DNA of 64,000 bases from Rebecca billardiae RCC1528 (taxonomy: Eukaryota; Protista; Haptophyta): contig OZ251232.1 in assembly GCA_965240325.2 (NCBI GenBank), positions 124,001-188,000 of the forward strand, given 5' to 3'. Numbering within the stretch: position 1 is the first letter of the stretch; each line of letters starts with the position of its first letter. Shown here piece after piece: positions 23,901 through 35,610 of the stretch. Under the pieces are notes generated by a model. It did not search any database, had not been told where the DNA came from, and saw nothing but the letters and a program-made list of their open reading frames with translations. Made by a program: the position numbers and the translations under genes.

Positions 23901-24005
23901 GCGGCGGTCTCGCACGCAGCGCTCGAGCACGCTGAGCCCTGCGCGCGGGCTTCGCCGCCGCCTCGCGCCGCCGTCGCGCTCGCGCTCGCTCGCCGCGACG
24001 AGCAT
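20925..24005 (-). CDS. Ala/Arg-rich helical protein, Sfi1-like (putative centrin-binding repeats)
   Basis: Periodic Trp motifs (ALRRWF, AALRRWR, ALRHWA, ALRAWA, AVRAWR, AGWARLR) resemble Sfi1 repeats. ATG at 24005. The family call is tentative. Confidence 0.5.
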   Translation of the reverse strand: MLVAASERERDGGARRRRSPRAGLSVLERCVRDRRHRLQLELALQRAALRRWARAPAAARAETHARALARSRASALRARAPSARARASRQALRRWFAWCARRRARPHARLAAASDALSPSSAPQTHAAAAAAAAAAGGRASLDASYEDVLVRLEHAARRLQPGGAARRDPQPPRPSGRAPSAEPRGGGAPAVERARAMRALALAASVGARRARGGAIADAHRACAALRRWRLAALARALCTLDAARARAHSRARALARARAATAARRAAVGLALRARCACARAAGVAALRHWASAAAARARARARTARARARARRGARHALRTMGAEARARRRRAAACARWELGVRRPRALRAAAARWRRHAHRAAAARWRAAVAAAEWWTRAARRAQRALAAHAARRARVRAGRGASARALHAAGVRALGAAAARLRAARARRGAARAQHARAALRAWAAAAAAALRRGRAAARAAAGVCARAWAMRAWAAAASAAARRRALRRAHAAAAERERARAAAASAAPAASAEPRPRPRPPTRAAAGGGLRAGASGVGPACSAAAPSPSASPPRVVLAAAHPPATDGAGGGVGGPPARSARALRGSGAARCANARARELALATHGLARMLPVSHAAVAAARGRGARAPPPLSAHALAAARRAASARAVRAWRARAERAARARAAAAALAAQRRNERQGAALHALAAAGTRRALAHEQLRAARGPHLRRWQRAAAASGARRAARAPLAEGARALRRARALPAGWARLRAARGAARKPLAEAASALWRLRGTRAGWLRLRASTALARTLRALAPTRSRSEAEPAPAPAPAPHRAAAAAAAGAVAAAAAVAEAAAGEAAAAALARSTTRDPASAVLARSSGPSAFGSPPPPTHRRAARLPPRPPISAHAAAARALPPGPAGGHEAGGGARPAALAPRPSEPRHAGAPGGGAGQPTPPLPGPPPPPPRAAAPAPAPVAGPWRAPQPAAAAVWPRGARAPAAAGAGGAAGDTLAASSIGLPLVCPMPSYLALPPAALALQGGAS

Positions 24006-25090
24006 GGTGCGCCTTGGCCCACCAAGACCCCCGCGCCAAGGGCGGTCCTTTGCCCGCGCCAAAGTTGAAAGTGAAGTCGTTGGCCGACTGTCTCCGACTG
24101 ATGAACCCGTCCGGCCGGAGCGCTTTGCGCGCTTTGCCCGACCGATTGACCGAGAGGCCGCGCGGCAGCGACGGCCGGGGTGCCATGACCGACGACGCAC
24201 GTACGGTAGGGTCCCCAGAAACCGCAGCGCCTGGTGCACGCCCACAAGGCGTGCAAGTACGCCCCATCTCGCGTGGCAACGCGTGGCGAGCGCTCACAGC
24301 TGATGCAAACTTCAGCACGCCCCGGCCGTCCGTTGGCCGTCATGACCGAGAACAGTACGGCGGAACTTGCTGTGCGCGGACCGATTGGCGATTGGCGGCA
24401 CGACGCGGGAGGCTACCGACCAAGCGGGCCCGTGGACGGCAGACCGTATATCTTCTCTCTCACACATTCTCGTGTGTGTTTCATGACCTGGGCGCCGGCA
24501 TGCCTTTGCCGTTGATGAATGATATATTCATTCAGATCAGAGTCCATCGTAGCAGCGGCAGTGACTGATGACCGGCTGATGCAGTCATGCGGATGAGGCC
24601 GCGCTTACGGATTGGGCAGTCTCCAGAGTACAACGGGAGGTCAAGTCCTGGGAAAACAGGACGCAGCCAGGGGATTGGCTACTTTGCTACCGTCGTACTG
24701 GTCAGCGGTTGTCACCTGGGGCTGCCATCCGGCCCTCTCCGGAGCGGAGCACGGGCGGCCCGCGGTGGCCCGCGGCCCGCTGCGTTGCCCCCGGACAGCC
24801 GTCAGAGCACACCGCTTTGAGTGAGCAGCGCGCGACCGACGGCCCAGCAGTGGCGCCGCGGCGGCGGCGGGACAGGCCCGATGAACGGACCCGCGCGGCG
24901 CGACGCGGCCACGGCGCAGCACGCGCGGGCTGGCTCGGCTTGCAGCAGAGCGCCACGCGGCGCGGTAGAGCAAGCAGTGCAGCACGACTCTGGTCTGTCT
25001 CTCCCGTTCGGGCGTCGTTCCGGTACAAGTCAGGTGCATCTAATCTCCCGTCACGGTCGAGCACCCCTCGCTTGTGCGAGGGGTGCGACG

Positions 25091-25655
25091 GAAATGACAG
25101 TGGCACCCCGGGGACTTTGACCCCGCACCCCTCTCGCGGGCTCTGGGGCGCGAACGCTTATTCACTACTGGCCGCCGAGCCGTAGATTGGCGCTCCGTGC
25201 ACCAACAAAGACATCCCCAGCCGCATGTTGCCACTCGACACCTCGTCTCGCCTAACTTGTGGTGTGCGGGAGCCACTCGAAGCACAGGCTGTGCTGCGCG
25301 CGGCGCGTCGGGAGTCGGGAGTGCATCGGAGCACACGGCGGTGCATGACGTGTCATGGGGCAGACGTGAGTATGCACTCAACGGATTGCGCGTGCGACGC
25401 CTTCGCGATGCACTGTTGACCCGCCACGCGCGTCGCTACACGGCCCAGTGTGCTTCGGGTGGGTCCCGCACACCAAAAGTTGGCTCCGCGCGAGGCGAGA
25501 GGAGGTGTCGAGTGGCAACATGCGGCTGGGGATGTCTTTGTTGGTGCACGGAGCGCCAAACTACGGCTCGGCGGCCAGTAGTGACAAAGCCTTCGCGCGC
25601 CAGAGCCCGCGAGAGGGGCGCGGGGCCAGATTGACCGGGCTGCCACTGTCCTTTC
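25091..25655. repeat. Long imperfect fold-back (arms ~25091-25328 / 25405-25655)
   Basis: The ~90-bp core 25162-25253 matches the reverse complement of 25492-25584 with about 2 mismatches. Confidence 0.88.
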
Positions 25656-26097
25656 TGTTGGCGGTGTCGAGCGACCGCGCCGGCCGTGCGTTCGTCACAG
25701 GTGACAGGGCCACGATCTAGAAGGCGGTGGGTACTGATAAACTGTAATCACGCCTTAATTAACCAAGCATTGAAGTCATAGTTACAAACTGTACGTACAC
25801 GTTTTTTAACTCGTCGTAAATTCCCCTTTATAACGGGCTGAAGCGCCAGAAATATGACGATACCCGCCCCATATCATTCTATGGGGTACTCCCATAATTT
25901 GATTGGATACTCGAGACACGTCCTATGATAATGACGTCGTTAAAAATGACAGCAGAATGAGTACTGCTACCAGTAGTTTTAATAAGAGTCGCCGAGTCGC
26001 CGACGACTCGCCGAGGGACCCGCCGTGATGAATAATTGTCGCGCCCGCGTTGCACTCCAGAAAGGGGTGGGCGCGTGCGCTCTCGCGCGCGCAGACG

Positions 26098-29000
26098 ATG
26101 CGATCCGAGGCACGGATCACGCCGGCCGTCGTGGCGGCGCCGGGCGAATCGGCCGGCGGGCTGGACGAGGAGGCGCCCCCGCCTCTGACGCCGGCCCCCG
26201 CCGCCTCGCCCGTCGTCGACGCGGCTGCGGCCAAGCTGACGTGGCTGTACCGCTTTGCGGACGCCGGGCTCGAGCGCGAGTATGAGACGGACCGGGCGCA
26301 CGAGCATGCGCGCTCGTACGCGTACGTGCTGGCCGCGGTGATCGTGCTCTACCCGCAGACGCTCGTGAGCGAGCTCTCGGAGGCCGGATGCGGCCCTTCC
26401 TCCCTCAACAACGTCCTCTCGATCACGGCGTACGCGCTCGCGTTCCCGACGCTCGCGCTGTGCGTCGCGGCGTGGCGCTCGGCGGCGGTGCGCGCGCGCG
26501 TGCCGCCGCTCGCGCTGGACGCGGCCTTCCTCGTGTGGCTCACGCTCGCCGCGTCCAAGCTCATCGTCTTCACCACCGTGCGCTCCGCGCTCGTCGAGGC
26601 GCGCGCGGCGGGCACGCTCACGGCGGCGCACGCGCACGCGGCGGCCGCCACGTCGGGCTGGCTCACGTACGTGCGCGTGCTGGCGATCCTGCTCGCGTCG
26701 GGGCTGTTCACGCGGATCCAGATCCCGCAGTTCGTCTACGTCGTCGCCACCGTCACCGCGATGAGCCTCGTCGCCGAGCTCGCCGTCTCGCACACGTCCG
26801 AGCACGCGCTCGCCAAGCACCTCGGGCTGGCGGTGTTTGTGCAGCTGGCGGTCGTGAAGGCGACGGTGCACCGCGTGGTGACGGAGCGCGGGCAGTGGTC
26901 GTACAAGCGCGAGGTGGTGCTCGCGGCGGCGGCGTGGGAGGAGATGAAGCGCGTCGAGCACGAGGCGCGCACCCACGCCTCGCGCCTCGAGTCTGCGCGC
27001 AGCGCGCGCGCCAAGCTGATCCGCGTCGTGATGCACGACCTGCGCAGCCCGCTGCTCGCGGTGCGCAACATGGTGGACGTGCTCGACGGGCTGGGCGAGG
27101 GGACGGCGCTGGGCGCGGCCGAGGTGCAGCGCGCGCTCGCCGCCATCGGCACGTGCACCTCCCTCATGGAGACCATCGTCTCCGACATGCTCGACTTTGA
27201 GCGGATCGACAGCGGGCGGCTGCTGCTCGTGATGCAGCCGTTTGCGCTGCGCCGGCTGCTGCAGGACGCCGAGGTGTCCTTCTCCGGGCTGGCGCAGAGC
27301 CGCGGGATCTCGATCCACTGGGAGGCGCTCCCGCCCGACATCGAGGGCGCGCGCTACGTCGGCGACTCGCGCCGGCTGCTGCAGTGCGTCTCCAACGGCC
27401 TCTCGAACGCGATCAAGTTCACGGACGCGGGCGGCACCATCGTCGTGCACGCGAGGGAGGAGGCCCTCGCGCCACACGCCTCGCAGCACGCCTCGCAGCA
27501 CGCCTCGCCGCGCGAGGCGGTGGGCGAGGCGGCGGGCGAGGCGGCGGGCGAGGCGGCGGGCGCGGGCGGCGGGGCTGCCGAGCCGGGCGGCGAGGACGGC
27601 GGTGCCCACGAGCCGCCCAAGCCGCGCGGAGCCGACGGCCTCGGCGGCAGCGGCAGCGCGGGCGGCGCGCACGCGGCCGAGCACGCGGCCGAGCGCGCAG
27701 CCGAGCGCGCTGTCGTGATCTCCGTGGAGGACTCGGGCGTGGGGCTCTCGGCGGAGGAGCTGGACGTGCTCAACAGCGGCGAGGCGTTCGCGCAGGTGGG
27801 GCGGGGCCAGCTCCAGGGCAACGGCGGCACGGGCCTCGGCCTCAACATCGTGCGGCACATCCTCGCGCTGCACCGCGCCTCCAGCCTGCGGCTGCGCTCG
27901 GCCGGGCCGGGGCGCGGCGCCGTGTTTGAGCTGGTGCTGCGGCTGGAGCGCGTGGAGGACGGGCTCACGCCGCCGCGCGTGCGCAGGCCCACACTGCTGC
28001 GGAGCACCATGCTGCAGCAGCCGGCGCCGGCGCGCTCGCCCGCGCACTCGCCCGCGCGCTCGGGCGGCGCCACGCCTCGCGCGCAGCCGCAGCCGCAGCC
28101 GCAGCCGCAGCCGCAGCCGCAGCCGCAGTCGCCGCGCGCGCTCTCGGCGCACGCTCGGTCGGGCGCGCTGCCGCCGCCCACGGCCGAAGGGCGCGCCGCC
28201 TCCCCACGCACGCCGCGCCTCCCCGAAGGCTCCGCCCCCGCCTCCGCCGCCCCCCTTCCCGTCTGCGCGCGCGTGGTGCGCTGCCTGCACGTGGAGGACG
28301 ACGCCATGCTGCAGCTCACGCTGGGCGTGCGCCTCTTCGCAGACGGCCAGCTCACGAGCGCGCTGGTGGCGGGTGACGGCGTGGAGGCGCTGGAGGCGGT
28401 GCAGGCGGCCGCGGACGCGGGCGCGCCGCCCTTCGACCTCGTGCTGATGGATAACCAGGTGCGCGGCGGGGCCGCGAGCGGGGCCGCGCGCGGCGGGCCG
28501 GGCGCGCCGGGCGCGCGGTCGGCGACGCGCGTGCGCCGGGCGCGATATCGGCGCGCGGCGGGCGCGTGCGCCGTGCGCGGCGGCGGTGGGGCGAGCGCGG
28601 GCAGCCAGCCGTGTGGGCGAGCAAGCGAGGCGCGCGCGGGCACACGGCCGGCACTGCGGCGCACGGCTGCTGCGCGGATGCGGCGCGCTCACGCGCTTGG
28701 CCGCTCGCCCTCGCGCGCGCGCGCGCCCACACGCCGCGCCCCCGCGCCCTGCGCCCGAACCGCGCGCGCGCGCCCGCCCCGCCGCCCCTTCCCTGCGCCG
28801 TGCGCGCGCACAGATGCCGCGCATGGGCGGGACCGAGACGACGCGCCGGCTGCGCGCGCTCGGCTTCAGCGGCGTGATCATCGGCATGACGGGCGACCCG
28901 TCCGGCAGCCCGGACCGCGCCGACTTCGAGGCGGCGGGCCTCTCCCTGTGCGTGGACAAGACGCCGCAGGGGCTCGAGGTCGTCGAAGACGCGATCCGCC

Positions 29001-29098
29001 GGCTGGCGCACGGGCCTGGGCCTGGGCCTGGGCCTGGGCCTGGGCCTGGGCCTGGGCCTGGGCCTGGGCCTGGGCCTGGGCCTAGGCGCGCCGACTAG
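26098..29098 (+). CDS. Membrane-bound hybrid sensor histidine kinase (TM - HisKA - HATPase - receiver), 2 exons
   Basis: H-box VMHDLRSPL, N-box SNAIKFT, G1 VEDSGVG, G2 GTGLGL, receiver LHVEDD...FDLVLMDNQ|MPRMGG. Intron 28459-28813. (GP)n tail. Confidence 0.92.
29011..29083 (+). repeat. (GGGCCT)n hexamer encoding a Gly-Pro tail
   Basis: About 12 units just before the kinase stop codon. Confidence 0.9.
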
Positions 29099-29334
29099 CC
29101 GGCGCGGGGCCGGGGCGCGGGAGGCGCCGTCTCGGGGGGGGCGCCTGCCGCCGTGCGCGGGCGGCTGCAGCATGGCGAGCCGGGGGCGGGGCCGCCGAGA
29201 CGGGCATGCGCGTGCCCTCACCGGCCGCCTCGGCTGCGTGCCGCCGCGCGCCACTGGCCAGTCAGTCAGTCACGCGGCGCCGCGTCGCAGGCAGATGGCC
29301 CGACAGTGACGGGACGGGCACGACGGCGGCTCAA

Positions 29335-29335
<1 letters not shown>

Positions 29336-29368
<33 letters not shown>
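29336..29368. repeat. Poly-G run (33 nt)
   Basis: Directly visible. Confidence 0.9.
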
Positions 29369-30565
29369 CGACGCGGGCCGCGCGGCCCGTCAATCCCGCA
29401 AGGCGAAGCGACTAGCCGCCGGCGCCGGCCGCGCCGGCGGCCGCCGGCGCCGGCCGCGCCGGCGGCCCGTCGCCGGCGGACCCTTCGACCGGAGGTAGTC
29501 TGATGCTGCTGCTGCCCACCGCAGTGGGACTCAGAGACGGCTGTGCGACGAGCATCCGGCGCCTAGTGGCGCGATGATCATCGCCCGCTGCTGGCCGGGA
29601 GCGGGAGATCATGTCCGCCGATGTTCACATGATGACGAATGTCGTATCTGACCCTGCGCGTCCTAGACCTACTGGCTACTGGTAGTGGCACGGCCCGGAC
29701 CAGGAGTTGTTCAGGAGTGTCCAGGACCGGATCTAGATTTGGGTAGGAGATGAACGGAACAGTTGGCGGGAAAGGCAATTGACGAGAATTTCGCGCCTTT
29801 CTCCAATCGAGATCGCTTGGAGATACACGCATCACACGTGATCTCGCCATCCCATAGTTTATACTTAAAGGCTGCAGATCGTCATTCAGGCCCAACAAGG
29901 CTCTCAAGGACGTCCTTTGATGCGGGTACGTCACCGATTCGTTGTCGAACTGGCGGGTTGTTTCGTCGTCATCATCACTCATCATCGATTCATCGTCACC
30001 ATCCATTAAAACGGTCAATCATCATCATGACGTATTGACGTGGCGGGAGATAAGTAAAGGCATACACGAAAGCCGGGCATCCCTGGGTATATATGCCTTT
30101 TTAAGAGGCCAATCTTGGGAGCGCTACCACATGGTTTCAATACCTCCTAATCATGTGTACGCATCTCAATCCGATAAGAGGCGCATCGATCCTGCCGCCG
30201 CCTGCCGCGGTAAGCGCTCATCAAAACTACTTATGGCTACTGGCTCAAATCGGCGTAATCACTTGGCCCTGCTCACAAATCGAAACCCCTCGCTGCTGCA
30301 CACCTTCGTCTCGCTTTGCTCTCGCCGGCCGCCCGCCGCCTTCAACGCTTGAGGCGCACGTGGTGGCGAGCGCAACTCACTCGAGCCCAGCGCGAGCGAG
30401 GCGCGGACGTCGTTGTTGTCGTCGCTCTTCGGTGCGCGCGCGGCCGCGCGGCCTCCGTGCTCCTCGCGCCTCCCTCCCGCCCCCCACGACCCGGCCGCCG
30501 CCCCCGCTCCGCGCCTCACCACCCCCACCTCGCGCGCGCGCGGCGCGCGCAGGACTGCCATCGAC

Positions 30566-33500
30566 ATGGCGGCTGCCGACAAGCCGAATGGCATCTCGTA
30601 TGCCGAGGCCATCCTCGGTGACCTGAAGGACCGCATGCCGACGGCGGAGGAGTTTGGCACGGAGAAGCACGTCCGCGCGCACCTCCGCCCCAACCGCTTC
30701 TTCCGCCTCGGCAGCGAGACGGCGCCGCTGTGTCAGCTCAACGTGCGCGCGGCGCGCGCGTGCGCACGCGCCCGCGCACCCGGCGCGGCGCGGCGCGCGC
30801 TCCCGGCGGCTGGCTCACGGCGTCCCTGCGCGCCCCCCGCCCCCGCCCGCCCCGCCCGCGCCGCGCGCGCGCCGCAGTGGGTCGTCTCGCTGATCGCGTC
30901 CGTGTTCCTGTGGACGTTTGTGATCGCGTGCGCAGTCGTGCCCGCGGACGCGCGGCTCGCGTTCGGCTTCGGCCAGTCGTTCATCACGCAGAACTTCACG
31001 TGGCTGTACATCGGCACCAACGACGCCTGGGCCATCTTCTTCATCTGGCTCTGCTTCTCGCGCTTCGGCTCGATGAAGCTCGGGCTGAACGACCAGGAGA
31101 AGCCGGAGTTCTCCGACAGCGCGTGGTTTGCGATGCTCTTCACGTGCGGCGTGGCGATCGGCATGTTCACGTTCGGCGTGAGCGAGCCGATGTTCTACTA
31201 CCGGGTGCGCGCGCGCGCCCTCGTCCGCCGCGCGCCGCGCGCCGCACACGCGGCCGCCTCGCCGCGCCGGCGAGCCGCGCGCGCACGCCCGGCTCACTCG
31301 CGGCTTGCTCGCCCGCTCGCTGCCTCGGCGCGCGCCGCGCAGGCGGGCTACTCGAACCGGCTGAACAAGCTGCCCATCGACAACGACGACCAGCGCGCGC
31401 AGCAGGCGCTCACCCTCACCCTCTTCCACTGGGGCATCCACGGCTACATCCCGTACGTGGTGGCGACCCTGGCGATGGGGCTGCCCGCGTACCGCTGGGG
31501 GCTACCGCTCACCGTGCGCACGGCGTTCTACCCGCTGGCGGGCGACCTGACGAAGGGGCTGCTCGGCGACATCGTCGACGCGATCTCGATCGCGTGCACC
31601 ACCTTCGGCGTCTGCACCTCCCTCGGCCTCGGCGCCGAGACCATCGCCGCGGGCATCGCCAAGCTGCGCAAGGACCCGGCGCTCGCGTCCTCGATCGAGC
31701 TGCAGGCGGGGCTGGTGTGGATCATCACGGTGATCGCGACGGGCTCGGTGGTGCTCGGGCTGAAGCGCGGCATCAAGAACCTCTCCTACTTCGCCTTCGG
31801 CATCGGCAGCTTCCTCATCGTCGTCACCATGATGTTCGGTGCGCGAGCGCGCGCGCGCGGCGCCGCTGCTGCGGCGCGGGCGCTGCTGCGCCGCCGCTGC
31901 TGCGCCGCCGAGGCGCGCTCGCAGCGCCTCACGCACCGCGACCGCCCGCTCCCTCCGCCCCCCGCCCGCGCGCGCAGACAACCCGTGGTTCCTGCTCAAC
32001 TCGTACGTCCAGTCCGTCGGCCACTACTTCCAGTGGATCCTGCAGCTCGGCTTCAGCTGCGACACGTGGGAGCAGCTCGCGTATGAGCTCGAGGGGCGCA
32101 AGAACGTGCTCATGCAGTACTACCGCGGCCCGCACTCGTGGTGGGCGCAGGCGGAGGAGAAGGGGATGCACCCGAACCCGTGGCTCGCGAGCCAGTACTA
32201 CGGCTCGCACACCAAGTACTGGATCGACTGGTGGACCATCTTCTACTGGGGCTGGTGGATCTCCTGGGCGCCGTTTGTCGGGGTGGGCGCACGGACGCGC
32301 GGACCGCGCGCGGACAGCGCGCGCGCGCCGACCGATGCGCCGCAGGGCACCGTGCGCCCCGCTGCGGCGGTGGCGCGGCGGTGGTGCCGTGGACGTGTAC
32401 TCCCGCCGGGCCCCGCCTCGCGCCACAGCCCCCGAGCGCTCACCTCCGCCCCCCCTGCCCCGCCCCGCTGCTCCGTGTGTGCGCGCGTGTGCGCGTGTGT
32501 GCGTGCGTGTGTGTGTGCGCGCGGATGTGCGCAGATGTTCGTGGCCAAGATCTCGCGCGGGCGCACGATCCGCCAGATCGTGCTCGGCACGATGTTCGCG
32601 CCCGTCACGTACGTCTTCCTCTGGATGGTCGTGTTCGGCAGCCTGGGCATCAAGATGCAGCGCATCGCCGAGGTCGCGCTCGAGGTGAAGCCGGACGTGT
32701 ACGACGGCTCGGTCGACTGCGCTGCGATGGGCTACGACGGCGCGGGCAACCCCGTCTCGGCAAAGGCGAAGGCGCTCGCGGACATTGGGTACTACGCGCT
32801 CGCGTGCCGGCCGCACTCGTCGCGCACGTACGACATCTTCGAGCCGTACGGCGGCGAGGGGCTCACCACGTTCATGTGGGTCGTCGTGATCGTCGGGCTG
32901 GTGGTGTACTTCATCACCTCCTCCGACTCGGGCTCGATGGTGGACGACGTGCTCGCGGCGGGCGGCATCTCCGAGCCGCCCGTGCCGCAGAAGGTGTACT
33001 GGGCGTTCACCGAGGGCGCGACGTGCACGGCGCTGCTCATGTCGGGCGGCGCGACGGGGCTCGGCGCGCTGCAGGCCGCCTCGATCATCGCCGGCTTCCC
33101 GTACACCGTCGCCATCTGCTTCATGTGCACGTCCATCATGCGCGTCGTCAAGATCGAGGCGGGCGACGACGACATCTTCACGCAGACGCGCTTCAACAGC
33201 GGGCTCTTCGACTTCTTCGACGGCTTCAACCCGCACGTGGTGCCGGGGCAGCTCAAGTGCTCCACGCCCGGCGGCGGGCGCGCGCTCATCATGCTGCGCA
33301 ACCTCTTCTTCCCCTTCACCGGCGTGTACAACGTCGTCAAGACGGTCGGCTCGCCCTCGGAGGCGATGGTGCAGGGCGGCGGCGCGGCGCTGCTCTGGCT
33401 CGCGTGGTTCGCGCTGCTCATCGCGGACGTGGGCGAGGAGGCGGTGGCGATCGTGGGCTGGGGCTTCTTCCTCGTGCTCATGACGCAGATCGCCATCCTG

Positions 33501-33692
33501 CGCGTGCGCGTGCGCGTCGCGTACAAGGTCTTCGGCAACGTCGCCGAGGACTTCACCTGCTCGATGGTGTGGATGGCGTCGCTCGCGCAGCTCGAGCTGC
33601 ACGTGCTGGACGGCACGCGCGTCGAGGAGGAGCCGCACATGGTCGAGCACACCAAGCCGCTCAAGAGCGAGTACGAGGGCGGGCACGCGTGA
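30566..33692 (+). CDS. BCCT-family (betaine/choline/carnitine) transporter, 5 exons
   Basis: Introns 30743-30877, 31205-31342, 31839-31977, 32283-32534. Motifs [78 protein letters not shown]. Confidence 0.95.
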
Positions 33693-34451
33693 GCGCGCAC
33701 ACCCGCGGCACGCACGCGCGGCCTCACGCTCGGCGGGGCCGGGATGGACGCCGCCGGGGCGATGGCGCGCGCGCGCGCGCGCCGCCGCCCCGGCGCCGCC
33801 TCGGGCTGCTGCGCACGCGCGCGCGCATCGTGCACGCACACGCGCTGCACGCCGTGACGACACACGCTGTACACAGTACACACGCGCTCGCTCGCACGCA
33901 CACATGCAATGCACACCGACACACAGTACACACGCGAGAGCACCGCCAGTGCCCGCCTGCACACCACCGGCATGCCGTGAGCTGCCCCCACGCCGTACAC
34001 CCGCCCGCCACCACGCGTGTCCACGCGTGTGTGGCTCCGACGCTGCTCCCGCTCGGCGGCGGCGGGCCGCGCGCCGAGGCGCCGCCGCCGCGCAACGCCG
34101 CCGCGCACCGTCTCGTCCTCTGTGCACAAGCAAGTTCCGCCCATCGCGAGCTCGAGTGACAACTGCCGTCGTCCGCCTCGAGGCGACGGGCGGGTCCTCA
34201 CCGAGCCCGAGGCCTCACCCGCTCACCGGGATGAGGATCGGGGATGGCGGCTGGCCGCCTGAGGCGCCGCCGCGAGTCCTCTGTCGGCGCAGGCCTCCCC
34301 GCCCGGCTGCGACGACGTCATGCAGCCTATGTCATCAGAACCATGACGCGTCCTCAGTCCGACCCGCGCCATCCATCATATGCGCGCTATATATCATAGC
34401 AGCAGTATATATATATATCGTCATCTGTCGACGCCGCAACGGCCAGCAGTG

Positions 34452-34595
34452 TCAGTGACTGAGTGACTGAGTCAGACATCACTGACTGTAGTCACTGACT
34501 ACTGAGTCTGACTCTGAGACTGAGTCTGAGTGGCCTGACTGAGTCTGAGTGAGTGAGTTCAGTGACTATAGTGAGTGAGCTAGTGACGGAGTGAC
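34452..34595. repeat. Low-complexity GACT/GAGT stutter tract between convergent genes
   Basis: gactgagtgactgagtcagac...ctgagtctgactctgagactgagtctgagt. Confidence 0.75.
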
Positions 34596-34623
34596 GCGTA
34601 CGTGCGATGTCAGGCGCGATCGA

Positions 34624-35576
34624 TCACGCCCCGTAGTCGATGACGATGCCGGGCGCGCGTGCGCCGCCAGCAGCAGCCGCGCCCGCCGCCGCGGCCGGGC
34701 GGCGCGCGGGCGGGCGCGGGTCGGGCGGGCTCGGCCCGCGGCGCGCGCGCGGCGAGAGCAGCGCGGGCGCGCGCATCGGCCCGCGGTGCCGCGCGCGCAG
34801 CGACGCCGAGTGCTCCGGCAGCGGCGCGCGGACGAAGACGAGCGGCGGGCGCTCGGGCAGCCCCTGCAGCGCGATCGGCTGCGCGGCGTGCGGCGCGGGC
34901 AGCTCGGCGCGCGCGGCGAGCGCCGCCGCCGGCCTGAACGCGGTGATGGCGAGCTCGGCGAGCGCGGGGTCGGGCGAGAAGGGCGCGCCGCCGGGTGCGC
35001 TGAGCCGCGAGAGGCCGCCCCGTGAGAGGGCGCCGTCCGGCGGCGAGCTCGGGCGCGAGCCCGGCATCGAGGCGGGCGGGGAGGACGGGCGCGAGGGCAG
35101 CGAGCGCAGCAGCACGCCCTCGCGCCGCCCCGCGCTCGAGCGCCGCCCCGCGCTGCGCCGGCCGGAGGGCGAGCCCGCGGAGGGCGGCGGCGAGTGAGGC
35201 GCGCCGGGCGTGCCGGGCCGGCTGCCGTGCCGGCGCGGCGCGCCGCCGCTCGCCGAGGAGAGGCGGGAGGCGGTGGGGCGCGCCAGGCCGCCGGAGGCGG
35301 AGCGCGCGAGCAGCGCGCTCGGGTCTTGGCCGAGCCCGGCGGCGGCGCCGTACCCGCCGCCCATGCCCACGCTGCCCACGCTGTCCGGGCGGCGCTCCGC
35401 CGCGGCGCGCGCGCGGCCGCGCGCGCGGCCGAGCGCGTCGGGCGCGGCCGTGCGCGCGCGGCCGGCGCCGCCGTGCGGCGCGGGCGTGCCGAGGGTGGAC
35501 TGCACGGCGAGCTCAAAGTCGCCGAAGCGCGGCGGCAGCGCGCGGTGGCGCCCGCCCACGCGCCGCCGCCCGCCGA

Positions 35577-35610
<34 letters not shown>

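Noticed and set aside
25720-25900. Small AT-rich MITE with ggcggtgggta/tacccgcccc ends
   Set aside because: The inverted match is too short and imperfect, and there is no TSD.
29578-30018. 146-aa minus-strand ORF between the kinase and BCCT
   Set aside because: Non-host codon usage, starts in a GAT/GAC stutter tract, and has no recognisable motif.
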